Shown in pieces: positions 15,023 through 28,071 of a stretch of 64,000 nt of DNA. Source of the stretch: Heterodontus francisci (taxonomy: Eukaryota); assembly GCF_036365525.1 (NCBI RefSeq), contig NC_090399.1, positions 11,531,558 through 11,595,557 on the forward strand, written 5' to 3'. How positions within the stretch are numbered: the stretch's first letter is position 1; each line of letters starts with the position of its first letter. The translations under genes were made by a program, and so were the position numbers. The notes beneath the pieces are model-generated. The model did not search any database. It was not told the origin of the DNA and saw only the letters and a program-made list of their open reading frames with translations.

Positions 15023-15208
15023 ATGAGCAGTGAGAAGATGTTATCAGACCTTGAGAATGGCAGGGAGATTGTAGTAGAAGAGATAGGGTTTCAAGGTAGA
15101 CGGTTCCTCAAGCTTTTCTGCAGTGTTGCAGTTCTGGCTTTTGTGGCTGTGTCTTCATATGTCTTGTTCTGTCAGATTGGAGCCCCAACTGCAAACCAGA
15201 CTAACCGG
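15023..15208 (+). CDS. tnf: TNF-alpha-like gene A, exon 1 (cytoplasmic tail and TM helix)
   Basis: MSSEKMLSDLE resembles TNF MSTESMIRDVE; hydrophobic LFCSVAVLAFVAVSSYVLFC; 186 nt, phase-0 donor CGG|gtaggt. Confidence 0.9.
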
Positions 15209-15925
15209 GTAGGTGAGATTTACTCCAGACTGCTTTATCGTATTTTTTTTAAATGTAGGTCCTCTTCAATTTTCCTTATCGACAACATGAAGTCTTGTTT
15301 CCTGGGTACTTGTTCTGCATTTGCCTCTTTGAAGGTGGACGTTTGTCTGAATTTCTTGCTAATTTCTCTCTTCTCTGCTTTCCGCCGTCTTTTGCACGGA
15401 TGGACGCCGAAGGTGCGCCAGCTCCGAGGAAATTCGTTCCCGCGGTTAGTCCAGTCCAGTCCCAGTCCAGTCCCGCCCCACGTTTGGCCGGTGATGCACA
15501 CTGCCCCCGGCGAGAACGAATTTCCTCCTCTCTGCGCCTGACTACAGGCGAAAACTCATGTCGCGAATTTCCAGCGTAAAACTGCCCCCAGTTTTAACGT
15601 TTTAAGCCAATTAGTAGGAGGGTGAAAGGTGCTCAGCCTGTAGCTGCTCGATCCACTGAAGGTCCGAGTACTCAGGGTGAACATCTGGACCGTGGGGTTT
15701 GTGAAATTACTGTTAGTGATGTTACCAGAGGAAAGGTTAACTTTGCGTGCAGTATTTCTGTCTGCTATTATAACAAAGGCTTTAAACCCGCCTATTTTAG
15801 AGAGTGCAGTCATTTCCTTAGAACAGTGGATGCGGCAATCGTGGAACCAAATTATGGGATGGAAATTGGGCAGTCTTGTATTGTCTGCCCTTTATGCTCC
15901 TGTTCCATCCCATATTGGGTCGCAT

Positions 15926-16310
15926 TGAAGTCAGTGTGATCCAGTATCGAGCAGTGTGTATAATGGGTAAAGTCAGTGTGATCCAGTATTGAGCAGTGTG
16001 TATAATGGGGAAAGTCAGTGTGTATAATGGGGAAAGTCAGTGTGATCCAGTATTGAGCAGTGTGTATAATGGGGAAAGTCAGTGTGTATAATGGGTAAAG
16101 TCAGTGTGATCCAGTATTGAGCAGTGTGTATAATGGGTAAAGTCAGTGTGATCCAGTATTGAGCAGTGTGTATAATGGGGAAAGTCAGTGTGTATAATGG
16201 GTAAAGTCAGTGTGATCCAGTATTGAGCAGTGTGTATAATGGGGAAAGTCAATGTGTATAATGGGGAAAGTCAGTGTGATCCAATATCGAGCAGTGTGTA
16301 TAATGGGTGT
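15926..16310. repeat. Minisatellite of 42-bp and 22-bp units in gene A intron 1
   Basis: aagtcagtgtgatccagtattgagcagtgtgtataatggg(g/t)a interleaved with aagtcagtgtgtataatgggga. Confidence 0.95.
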
Positions 16311-16449
16311 ACAGTGCTATAGTGCCCGTTTTATGCTGCAGCCCAAGATGGATTCCTACTCCTATGTGTCCATCGGGATCAGCAGTAATTTCTAGGCTTC
16401 ATTGTGAATCTCCTGTTTAATGTCTAACTCTCTCTGTTCTCTTCTGCAG

Positions 16450-16492
16450 AAGGCAGCACTTAGAGGAGCTGAGGATCTGTCTGCTAACAATG
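16450..16492 (+). CDS. tnf: TNF-like gene A, exon 2 (stalk)
   Basis: cttctgcag|AAG...AATG|gtaagt; 43 nt, phase 0 to 1; KAALRGAEDLSANN. Confidence 0.82.
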
Positions 16493-16499
16493 GTAAGTG

Positions 16500-16880
16500 T
16501 TCCCTGTCCTGTCTGTCTATCTCTGCGTGTGTGTGTGTCTCTCTCGCTCTCTCGCTATCCCTGTGTCTCTCTCTCTTTCTGGCTCTATGTCGCTGTTCCT
16601 GTCTTGCTCTCTCTCTTTCTCTCTCTCTCTGTCTCTCTGTCCCTGTCTTACTTGCTTTTTTTCTCTCTGTCTCACTCTCTCTGATCCCTGTCTTTGTGTC
16701 TCTCTCTCTTTGCGGGTCTCACTCTCTCTGTCTGTCTGTGCCTCTCTCTTTCGATGTCTTTCTCTGTCTATGTCTCGCTCATCCTGTCTCTCTCTCTCTT
16801 TGCCTCTTTTTATGTGGGTGTTTATGCCACGTGAGTGTCTGTCTATCTTTTTCTCACTCTCACTCTCACTTTCTCTGTTG
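16500..16880. repeat. CT/TG-rich low-complexity tract (gene A intron 2)
   Basis: Degenerate (CT)n/(TG)n sequence. Confidence 0.9.
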
Positions 16881-16934
16881 GTTTTGTATCGTGTGTTACA
16901 ATGGTAACTGCTAGTCCGGCTTTTCCTTTTCCAG

Positions 16935-17000
16935 GTCTCCCTCATCTCATGCAGCAGGTGGGAAATGACCCGAGGGAGAGAATCGCAGCTCACCTGACAG
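16935..17000 (+). CDS. tnf: TNF-like gene A, exon 3
   Basis: ttttccag|GTCTC...ACAG|gtacca; 66 nt, phase 1 to 1; GLPHLMQQVGNDPRERIAAHLT (THD strand A motif AAHL). Confidence 0.9.
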
Positions 17001-19093
17001 GTACCAGACTATTATTGATGTTAACGGATGTTCGGCAGACTGTCAAAGGAGGATTCATTACTTAGCATAATGATATACACCACAAGCGGCAGAAAATTAG
17101 AAAAATCTGCTAACGTGTCCTTTCAGTTACCACAAAATAATGTTAACCTCAGGTGCTGTTCGTCTTTGACCTCCTGATGTTACTCTTCTGCCCTCTTGTG
17201 GTATCTAGGTCCCTGTGCCTCCCTCCCTGAGTATCTCTCACTGGCATCAGCTGCCCTCCAGTGTCTGCTGCATCAGCCATGCTTAGCAATGAGCTGTGGC
17301 TCTTTAACCATGTTGGGCATCACAGGTTGGGGTATATCTGAGTCTGAAGCACTGTAAACCTGCTCTACTTAACAACAAACCTGTGGAAAAGAGAAAGCTG
17401 AGTGGTGACCCAATAGATACCTTAAAAACAAGTCTTGCATCTTTATACATCTTTCAAACCTTAAAACAACCCGCAGCACTTTACAACCAATGAGGCACTT
17501 TTGAAGTGCAGACACTGTTGTAATGCAATCCAAGATTATTAAAGAGTTTGATGGAGAAAATGTTTCTACTTATGGGGAGACCAAAATTAGGGACCATAAA
17601 TATAAGCTAGTCATCAAATCCAATCTGGAATTCAGGAGAAACTTATTTATCCAGAGAGTGGTGGGAATGTGGAACTCGCTATCACATGGAGTGGTTGAGG
17701 TGAATAATATTGATGCATTTAAGGGAAAGCTCTAAGTACATGAGGCAGAAGGAAATAGAAGGTATTATGTGAGGAGGCTCTTGTGGAGCATGAACTCCAG
17801 TGCGGACCCGTTGGCCGAATGGCCTGTTTCGGTGCTGTAATATTCTACATAAGCATAATGTAAAATAAGCTTAATTGTTGATCAGACCCAGTTAAGGTGA
17901 AACACGTATTTGTGCATCTTATATTGGATGCATTTTTAGCTTCTCCATCTTCTACTTCCTCCCAAGTTTTCTAACCCTTCCACTGTCCAGTAACCATCCC
18001 AGAAAGCTGTCTCTGAAGTAGCTTCGGTCCTACAATATCTCATCCAGGGGCTTCTTTAAGATCCATGGCAAGGAGTTCTGGCAGACTATTTAATGGTAGA
18101 GAGGTCACAGCTGTCCAAACTGACCCTCGCGCATGTGCACTGCCAACTGCAGTGACTAGATAGCCATCAGAAGCAGCACGCTAGGAATTAGCCTTGTACT
18201 GAGATCAGCTAACTGTAGATTGTCTGAACATCACAACCTGCACCATCCTGACTTGGAACTATATTGTTGTACCTTCACTGTCGCTGGGTCAAAATCCTGG
18301 AACTGCCTCTCTAACTGCACTGTGGGTGTACCTACCCCACATGGACTGCAGTGGTTCAAGAAGGCAGCTCACCACCACCTTCTCAAGGGTAGTTAGGGAT
18401 GAGCAATAAATGCTGGTCCAGCCAGTGATGCCGTCATTCCTGGAAAGATTAGAATTGGGTGGTGTGTTAGCTGTTGTTACCCATTGGGCACTTGGCATGG
18501 ATTAGTTGGGCAGAATGGTTTGGTCTTGTGCAGTATGTTCTAAGTAATGCTTAGCTTTAAGAGAAAGAGAGGGATAAAGAAAGGAGCCAAAGCTTGAGAA
18601 AGAGAGGGGAAAGAAACCGAACCTTTGCAATCGCAGTAAAGTGCCACATTTGTCCAGTAGAGGGTGATCCTCTGGCTTTGTGGCACATGATAGCACAGCA
18701 GAGGGCGCTGTCCCCTTCCCAATGGGCAACTCAACTGGACTCAACACAAGAGCAAAATACTGCAGAGGCTGGAAATCTGAAATAAAAACAGAAAATACTG
18801 GAAACGCTCAGCGGGTCTGGCAGCAACTGTGGAGAAAGAAACATATTTAACGAGCTGAAACATTAACTCGGTCTCATTTGATGCTCTTGCTGGCTGACAC
18901 TGGGTGCCTGGGTTCTGGGAGTCTTCCAGCTCCCCAACATGTCAAATCCCATCTCGTCCAAGACCATGTAAACTGCCCTGCACCCTGATCATGGGGTGGG
19001 GGGGCGGGGGGGGGGAAAGGAAAGGATAGATTGACTATCGTATATTTACACTTGTGTTTTCTCCTTGTTTCTCTCTCTCTCGCTCTCTCTCAG

Positions 19094-19509
19094 CCGATCC
19101 CATTAGGGGGAAGCCCAATGAGCTGACTTGGCAAGAGGAGGCTGGCATTGCGTTCTCCTATGGCATTGAGTTCTCCAACAACAGCCTGCTGATCAAGAAG
19201 CCTGGCTTCTACTTCATCTACACCCAGGTGGTTTTTTACTACAGCCGGTGTGAGGAGAACACCGTCTTCCTGAGCCACGACATGCACAAGCTCTCCTTGG
19301 CCTACCCAGAGGAGACCATCCTGCTGAAGGCCACCAAGTCGGTCTGCCACCACGGTCGCCACGATGACCCCTGGTACAAGACCTCCTACCAGGGCGCCAT
19401 CTTTGAATTTGAGGCCGGCGACAGGATCTTCTCGCGGGTCACCGAAAACGTGGTCAAATACCTGGACATGAAAGAAGGCAAGACCTTCTTTGGAATATTT
19501 GCTTTGTGA
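19094..19509 (+). CDS. tnf: TNF-like gene A, exon 4 (TNF homology domain); spliced product 236 aa
   Basis: LTW..GFYFIYTQVVF..C..KSVC..PWY..YQGAIFEF..GDRI..KTFFGIFAL*; 186+43+66+416=711 nt in frame. Confidence 0.95.
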
Positions 19510-22064
19510 GGAATGCTTTTGTTATTGTTGTTTGTGTTGTTGTTGGCCAGCAGTGTGCAATGATTTGTAAAGTTCAGTGGGTTAGGCCTCTAGAAAGCCA
19601 GTTCCGATCCAGCCCAGGCTGGTTAGGGACAGAGACTGTGCTGGCTTTAAGGCTCCCAGGTGGAATGGGTGGGAACAGTTTTAAAGCGTGAACTCGCATA
19701 TAGCCCCTTTCAGAACCTCGGGAAGACCCAATACTTTTGAAGAGTAGTCACGGTTGTGATGTGGGAAACACAAGAGCTAATTTGCGCACAGTAAGATCCC
19801 ACAAACAACAATGTGATAATGATCAGATAACCAGACACCATCAGAGTAGTCATTTTCTGAGCACAGGTTCACAGCAGGAAACCAATCCTGCACTGAAGAG
19901 TTAAGATTGTTCACAGTGGATGTTCTGGTCAGTGCTGTTTTCCCACGCTGCCAGATTTACCACAGCTGAGTTAGTTTGGTTACCAGTTCAGGACATTGAC
20001 CAGAAAATCTGTTCCTGTAATCCCGTCCCTCTGAAACAGGCCTGCACCTTTAAGAATATTTGGTGGCTGGAAAGGGATCGCCTCAAAGCGGTCTTTAAAA
20101 TTACAAAGGGTTTCCATGGGGCAGATGTGGAGAAAATGTTTCCACTTGCAGGCAAGACCAGAACTAGGGGCCTTAAACATAAGATAGTCACTAATAAATC
20201 CGATAGGGAATTCAGGAGAACCTTTTTTACCTAATTAGAATGTGGAACTTGCTACCACATGGAGGTGAACAGCATAGATGCATTTAAGGGGAAGTGTGAT
20301 AAGTACATGAGGGAGAAAGGAATAGAAGGACATGTTGATGTGGTTAGATGAAGAAAGGTGGGAGGAGGCTAGCATGAACCAGTTGGGTTGAATGGCCTGT
20401 TTAATGTTGTACATTCTATGCGACACTGGGAATGTGTTTAGGGTCCTCGGGGTGCACTGCGATGCGGGATTCCTTATGCTAAAGGAGAATAACCCCTGTT
20501 CTGATTACATGATGCAATGGTTGTGCAATAATCATGTTGTGAATAAGCTGACATGTTAAACAGATGTTTGGGAAGCCTGTGCAGTATATATGCGAGTTTC
20601 TCCTCCGCCAGCCCTGATTTAATTTATGACAAATGTTATTTAAACTGATATTCCCCAGCGATACACTAATAACAAAATGCCTAGAGCTACCAGCTGAGAG
20701 GCTTAGCCTGGCTGTCTAACCTGTATATGAACTGCCCGGTATCTCCAGATTATTGGGCACTGTGCCAATCAAACATGTGATCGGCTCTAAGTCTTCTGTT
20801 GGCTGATGGCTCAAGAATATATTTATAACGCGTGTAAATTATTATTTTTATTCACGTGAGCTGGTATCATCTTTTATTTATTGCTAAATGCTGCGTTTCT
20901 TTAAATGCAAATTGAATGTAACCTACCCTTGTCAAAGCACATTGTGGGATTGCCCCTGTTGCACCAGTCAATGTCTGGTTGCTATGCACTGTCTGGGAAA
21001 CTCGAGTCCATCTCATGCCACACGCATATCTGGGAAAACTCTCTTGCACTCCTGGACATGGTACAGGCACAAACGTGTCGTCTGATAGGTGATCGATCCT
21101 TACCTCTTGTGTGTCTCATTGCTTCTTCCCTTTTCTTCAAGCTATCCATGACCATTCTCTATGACCATTACTAATCAGAATATTCCTCTAAGCACAACAC
21201 CCTACATAACCTTCCTCCTCATTTGATTCCTACTGTGTTGAAATCAAGATTTAATTTTCATTCATGGGATGTAGGTGGCACGTCCAGCATTTATTGCCCA
21301 TCCCTACATGCCCTTGAGAAGGTGGAGGTGAGCTGCCTTCTTGACAACTGCTGGACCATTTCAGAGGGCAGTTAAGAGTCAACCACCTTCTCGGGTCTGG
21401 AGTCACATATAGGCTAGACTGGGTAAGATTTCCTTCCCTAAAGGACAGTCAGTGAACCAGATGGGTTTTTTATGACAATGCGGTAGTTTTGTGGTCACCA
21501 TAACTGAGACTAGCTTTTCATTCCTGATTTTATTTCATTAATTGAATTTGAGTTCCCCAGCTGCCGTGGGGAATTTGAACTCCTAACCTCTCTGCTACCA
21601 TACCTATCATTTACCACGCTATCACCTAGTTTGACTCGTTCCTTCCCCAGGACTCAAATTCCTTATCTCACTCAGTCCTTTCTGCTTCCGACAGTCAATA
21701 GGATTCAAGTTTGGTATCACCTCGCCAGCCTCTCTTTACCTTCTGTCTTAATGCTCTCCACCTGTGGAAGTGTCCTACTCGATGGACCTTTGCCCCCACA
21801 CCTGAGCTTCTCAACAATAAGAGCAACAAAAAAAAAATCACATTTCTGCAATGCAGGGATTCTTCCGCTTGGTATTCCTCACGCTCTGGAATGGGGCCCC
21901 AATTGGATAAACCAATTATCTGGGATGTTGAGAATCCAATTGACAACGGGTTTTGTGTTCAGAATATTTTACCTTTTCACCTTATAGCCTGGGAAAAACT
22001 TGAACATTTGCAATCTCGTGTGTGGGCAAGCCGAAGATTAACCATGCTTGTGGCAGGTAAAGAG

Positions 22065-22200
22065 CTGTGTTTTATGTTAAAACATGGCCTGCGTTATGAA
22101 ATAAATCTTGACTGCTGCCTCGATTTAACTTGCGCAGTTGAATTATTTTGGAATGTATTTAATAATAAGGACTTGTATTTATTTATTTTTATTCAATAAA
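22065..22200 (+). promoter_or_regulatory. Gene A 3'UTR end: CDE-like hairpin, AU-rich element, AATAAA
   Basis: TGTTTTA-TGT-TAAAACA at 22068-22084; tatttatttattttt near 22176; AATAAA at 22195-22200. Confidence 0.7.
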
Positions 22201-23899
22201 GTATTTTGCTACAAAATGAAAGCTACTTTCTCTCGTTTATGCTGGTTCAGTTATTCACAGAATAATATCACGAGCCTGTAAGTGAGTGCAGTTTCTCCTG
22301 GCCTTCTGATTGGTTAGTAGTGACCATGGCCACCTCATTGCAGGAGGAGCTTATCGTGCCTGCACCGTGTTAGCTGCTTTCTCAACTCTCAGACTTATAA
22401 TTCATAAGAAATAGGAGCAGACCATTCGAATGCTGGAACCTGCTCCGCCATTCAACAAGATCGTGTCCGAACTCCACCTTCCCACATTATCCCCATATCC
22501 CTTAATTCTCTGAGTGCCCAAGAATCTATTGACGTCTGCTTTGAATATACCCAACAACTGAGCAGCCACTGCAATAGAGAATTCCAAAGATTCACAACCC
22601 TCTGAGTGGAGGATTTTCCCCTCATCTCAGTCCTGAATGGCAACCCCTTATCCTGAGACTGTTTTAGACTCTCCAGCTCGGGGAAATATCCTCTCAGTAA
22701 ACAGTGTGTCAAGCCACCTCACAATCTTCAATTATATCACCTTTCATTCTTCTAAACTGCAGAGAATATCAGCACATTCTACCCAATATCTGTTCTCATT
22801 TCTCTGCCCTGTCCTCTTCCCCTTTAATATTTTTCTCTGTCAACCACTTATTAAGGTTCCTTCTTAAATATTGTGATTGTCTTGCCTTTATGGCCACTCA
22901 TAGGAACAGGAACAGTAGGCCATTCAGCCCATCAAGCCTATTCTGCCACACATTCGATCATGATCAATCTGTACATTAACTCCATTTACTTGCCTTGGTT
23001 CCATAGCCCTCATTTACTCATAATGCAGTCAATGTTCTAATAACTTTTTAAATGAAATACAGTTTCTTACTTTGTTCCCTCTTTGAGCTTGTAGTATTAA
23101 TCCTCCAATTCTGGTCTCTTGTCCATCCTTAAATTTCTTCATTTGACTTTCCTCACTTTCATTGGCAACCGTGCCTTCAGCTGCCAAGGCCCTAAGTTCT
23201 GGAATTCCCTCTCCTTCAAACCGAACCCTTTGTTCAAGTTTTTGGTCACCTATCCTAATATCTCTTTCTGTAGCCCGGTGTCAAATTCTGTCTCACACCA
23301 AAATCAACTTGCATTTATATAGCATCTTTAACTTAGTAAAATGCCCCAAGGTACTTCACAGGAGTGTTATCAAATAAAACCTGACAGCAAGTCACACAAA
23401 GAAAAATGATCAAAGAAGTAGGTTATAATCAACATCTTAATGGGGGAGAGACAGAGGTAGAGCGTCCGAGAGATTTAGGGAGGGAATTCCGGAGCTGAGG
23501 TCATGGCCGCCAATGGTTGAGTGATTAAAGTCATGGATGCACAAGAGGCCAGAATTAGAGGGCACAGAGACCTTGGAGGATTGTAGGGTTGGAGGAGGTT
23601 ACAGTGAGAGGGGGCGAGGCCATGGAGGGATTTGAAAACAAGGAGAAATATTTTAAAAGCAAGGTGTTGCCAGATTGGGAGCAAATGTGGGTCAGCGAAC
23701 ACAAGGGACGATGGCTGAATGGGACTCGTAGTGAATTAGAATACCAGCTGCTTGAGACATTTTACTAATATACCCCTCATTACCAATAATCTCATTAGAT
23801 ATTACCCTTCACATTCCCAAGAGGAACCCAAAAAATGTCCAAACCCCTCGGCACCGACAGCGAGCTGCTTGATTCTGTGCTACAAGGTCGCACTGAGTG

Positions 23900-25650
23900 G
23901 TGGGATAGGGATAAATGATTAAGTTCTATTGTGTTGTCCTCAAGGATCTGTGTTGAGGCCTCAATTATTCACATTATTGACTAAATGGCTTAGACGATGG
24001 CATAGAAAGCCACATATCCAAATTTACCAATGACGTAAGCAGTGTAGATGGAAGCTTAAAATTACAATGGGAAATTGACAGATTAGTGAATGGGTAAAAC
24101 TGTGGCAAATGGATTTCAATGTAGACAAATGTGAGGTCGTCCACTTTGAGCCAAAAAAGGATAGAACAGGGCATTTTCTAAATGGTGAAAATTTAGAAAG
24201 AGTGGAGGTCCAAAGAGAATTCACGGGTCCAGGTACACAGATCATTAAAGTATCACAAACAGGGGCAGAAAATAATCAAAAAGGCTAATGAAATGCTAGC
24301 CTTTATATATAGACAACTGGAATATAGGAGGATCAAAGTTATGCTTCAGCTATACAATGCCCTGGTTAGACCACACCTGGAAAACTATGAGTAGTTCTGG
24401 GCATCACACTTTAGGAAGGATATACTGGCCTTGGAGGGAGCGCAGTGGAGATTTACCAGAATGATACCTGCTCTTAAGTTACAAGGAGGGATTACACAAA
24501 TTAAGGCTGTAAACCCTGGAGTTTAGGAGGTTCAGAGGTGATTTGATTGGAGCTTTCAAAATATTAAGGGGAACTGATAGGGTAGATTGTGAGAAGCTAT
24601 TTCCACTGGTTGAGGAGTCTAGGACTAGGGAGAATAGTCAACTCCTCCATTACCCCCAACAACCCCTTCCCCCTTTCCTAAAGCACCTTTTCATACAAGT
24701 GCAGGAGGTGCAACACCTCCTCCCTTCTCACCATCCGAGCCCCCAAACACTCCTTCCAGGTGAAACAAAGATTTACTTGTACCTCTTTCAATTTGGTATA
24801 CTATATTCTCTGTTCACAATGTGATCTCCTCTAGACTGGGGAGGCTAAACGCAGACTGGGCGACCGCTTGGGGGAACACCTCCATTCAGTCGGCAAGCGT
24901 GACCCCGAGCTTCCTGTCGCTTGTCATTTCAATTCTCCACCCTGCTCCCATTCTGACCTTTCTGTTCTCAGCCTGCTACAGTGTTCCAATGAAGCTCGAG
25001 GAACAGCACCTCACCTTTCGACTGGGCACTTTACCGCCTTCTGGACTCAACATAGAGTTCAACAATTTTAGATCATAACGTTTGCCCCCATTATTTTCTT
25101 TCTCTCATTTTTTGTTGTTTTTTTTTCTCCACTCTTGTTTCTTTCTTAATCCCTTTACTTTGTGATTAGACAGCTGCTATCCTGCCATTTACACAGCATC
25201 CAGTCACATCTTTTGTTTCTTTACTTGTCCCATTACCACTCCCTTTGGCTTTGTACCATGCAACCTTTTGTCATTTAATCTCTCCTGCCCTCTACCCTAT
25301 CACCCCCTTTGTTCTTCATTCCCCCCTCCCCACTTTCACTTGTTCAAAACGTATGATGTTTCTAAATTTTACCAGTTCTGATGAGAGGTCACACAGACCT
25401 GAAATGCTAATTCTGTTTCTCTCTCCGCAGATGCTGCCTGACCTGCTGAGTATTTCCAGCCTTTTCTATTTTTGTTTCAGATTTCCAGCATGCACAGTAT
25501 TTTGCTTTTGTGTTCATAGAGTTTTGTTATCCAGCGGTATTAAGAGAGATGGGGCAAAGGCAGGTATATGGAGTTAGGTCACAGACCAGCCACGATCTCA
25601 TTGAATGGCGGAACAGGCTTGAGGGGCTAAATGTTCCCTTTCTTCTCCTG
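23900..25650 (+). mobile_element. CR1 RT/3' fragment interrupted by a Penelope-like element
   Basis: GPQLFT..I, WQMDFNVDKCEVVHF and LVRPHLE coding; the CR1 tail resumes near 25515. Confidence 0.7.
24650..25512 (+). mobile_element. Penelope-like element fragment (GIY-YIG endonuclease end and terminal region)
   Basis: Degenerate GE.KRRLGDR..EHL..PELPVACHFNSPPCSHSDLSVL..KLEEQHLTFRLGTL.PSGLNIEFNNF. Confidence 0.75.
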
Positions 25651-28071
25651 TTCTTATATTCATGTTCCTAAGTTCATTCTTCCAGAAAATCCTAGAGTCC
25701 CACATTTTTCCTCAGCCCCACATTACATTACCAATCATTTCTAAAATGGTTCCAAAGTGGTAGCTCCGTTGCATCAATCAGGAGTCCATTGCATGGATTT
25801 GAGATGGTTCTTCAGAGCTGTATGTTACTGCGCTACCACCGTGCATGAGGATTCGACCCCTCCCTCCTCCCCCACCCCTCCGCAAGGCAAAAAGAACCAT
25901 TCCTCCAATCACAACCATTGCAGAATATGTACCAGATCATCATTTGATTTGGAAAAAGGATTGAACAAAGTCTTGCATTTATATAGCACCTGTCACAACC
26001 TCGGGAGGTCCCAAAACACTTCACAGCCAATGGAGTACTTTTGTAGTGCAGTTTCTTTTTATGATGTCAATTAAATATTGGCCGTGATTGGCAGAGAGAA
26101 CTTTCCCGATCCTCTTCAAAGTAGTAGTTGTGGGATCTTACACATCCAGCCTCAACAACAAATTGCATTTATCTAGCACCTTTAACATAGTGGCACTTCC
26201 CAAGGCGCTTCACAGGAGCGATTGCCAGACAAATATTTGACACCAAACTACATAAGGAGATAATTAGGGCAGGTGACCAAAAGCTTGGTCAAAGAGACAG
26301 GCTTCAAGGAGCTTTCTTAAAGGAGGGAAGAAAGAGAGAGGGATAGAGGTAGTGAGGGCAGACGGAGCCTCGGTTTAACGTCTCCTCCAAAAGATGACAC
26401 CTCTGACCTGTCAACCACGCTCTATTTAGTGCAATGGAAAAGTTTATTATCCTGTTTATTATCCTACAACTTCCTGGGTGCCTTACATCATCTGATGGAA
26501 AGTGGCAAACATAACTTAGTTTTGCTGCAATTATGTTTTCCCCTGTTAGGTGATTCAATGCAATGGGTTTGCAACACGCAGTGGGCAAAGCAGCAATCTT
26601 GGAAAACATTATTGCGTAATTAACATCACCTCATGATGAATCACACTGTTTCAGTGAGATTTAATGTTGGGGATTATTTCTTGTGTTAACTAAGTAATGA
26701 CTGTGCTTAGTAAAGCCTTTTAATAAGGGGTGGTTACACCATGGGTGTCCAAAGTGTTTGTATCCTCCTTGGGGGGTGGAGGAGGGTGGATAGTTATTAT
26801 AACTTATTCCATCATGTCTGACAGTTTGGAAATATCCTCTGCAGCTCAAAGGTTTGGCACTGTGTGCGAAATTCCTTCCTCTGTTATTTTCAAGGAGGCA
26901 TCAATCCGCTTCAAACAGTTTCCCTTAAAATAACCGAGGGAGGAACTTGATGTGACGGTGTGGAGCAATCACACAGACGGCTGGAGTCTTTTGAGCTTAG
27001 AAGCATTCTTGCATAGAAACAGAGAAAAATAGGAGCAGGAGTAGGCCATTCGGCCCTTCAAGCCTGCACTGCCATTCAGTACGATCATGGCTGATCATCC
27101 AAACTCAGTACCCTGTTCCTGCTTTCTCCCCCTATCCCTGGATCCCTTTAGCCCTAAGAACCATATCTGACTCTTTCTTGAATATATTTAATGATTTGGC
27201 CTCAATTGCTTTCTGCGGTAGAGACAGGAGTGTTCGAAGGATTAGCTGGATTTTTCCCTTTGGTCTGAAATTCCATCATCCCATTGGAAGCAAATGGGGT
27301 AAGGGGGAATGATTTTAACGTTGACCCATGGCTTCAAATGAATGAGATTGGTTGTGCCATCTCCCATGATTGTGACATTAGGTGCTGTATAAATGCAAGT
27401 TGTTGTTATAGCATGGCCCGCCTGGTAATCTATAGCAGATGGCCCAGTCTGATATCATCCGTTTCACACCATTGCAAAGGCCGAGAAAGCCTCTCACCTC
27501 TGAGCAGCCAAGGTTGGGCGATAAGCAAGGCCATACCAGGGTCATCAATGAGCTCAAAATACGTAACCCAATGGCCTGCATTCCTGCTCTTGCCCACTAT
27601 CCTGACATAATTACCCTCACTCTCTTTCAAAGTAAGTCAGTGGACAGGAAAATTAACATTTCTGAGAAATTTGATAAGGAGCCAGATCAAAGCAAGTACT
27701 TTTCCAATATTTATCCCTTAACCAGCATCGTTAAAACAAATGATCTGGTCGCTATTGCACTGCAGCTTGTGGGAGCTTGCTGTGCGCAAATTAGCTGCTG
27801 TGTTTCCTATGTCACGACAGGAACTACATGTCAAAAAGTGCCCAGGTTCAATGGCGAGGACTGAGTTATTGAATGGGTTACCAAAGCACCACCATTGTCT
27901 ATTCAACATTAACACAGCAGGCAGTTGGCACCTTCATCAGAGGACGAGGGAGAACTGGAGGGAACAAACTTTCCATTCATTGTGAAGGAGCTCGAATTTC
28001 ACTCTTGTGTGGGACGTGAACCATGTTTACAAAGTTGCTTCCCATTTCTGCTGTCGTCACACAGACCTCCA

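Noticed and set aside
14942-15541. 199-aa single-exon ORF
   Set aside because: It is read-through of exon 1 into intron 1; TNF homology ends at the 15208 donor.
16420-16993. Ser/Leu-rich and Arg/Glu-rich ORFs
   Set aside because: Translations of a CT-repeat tract.
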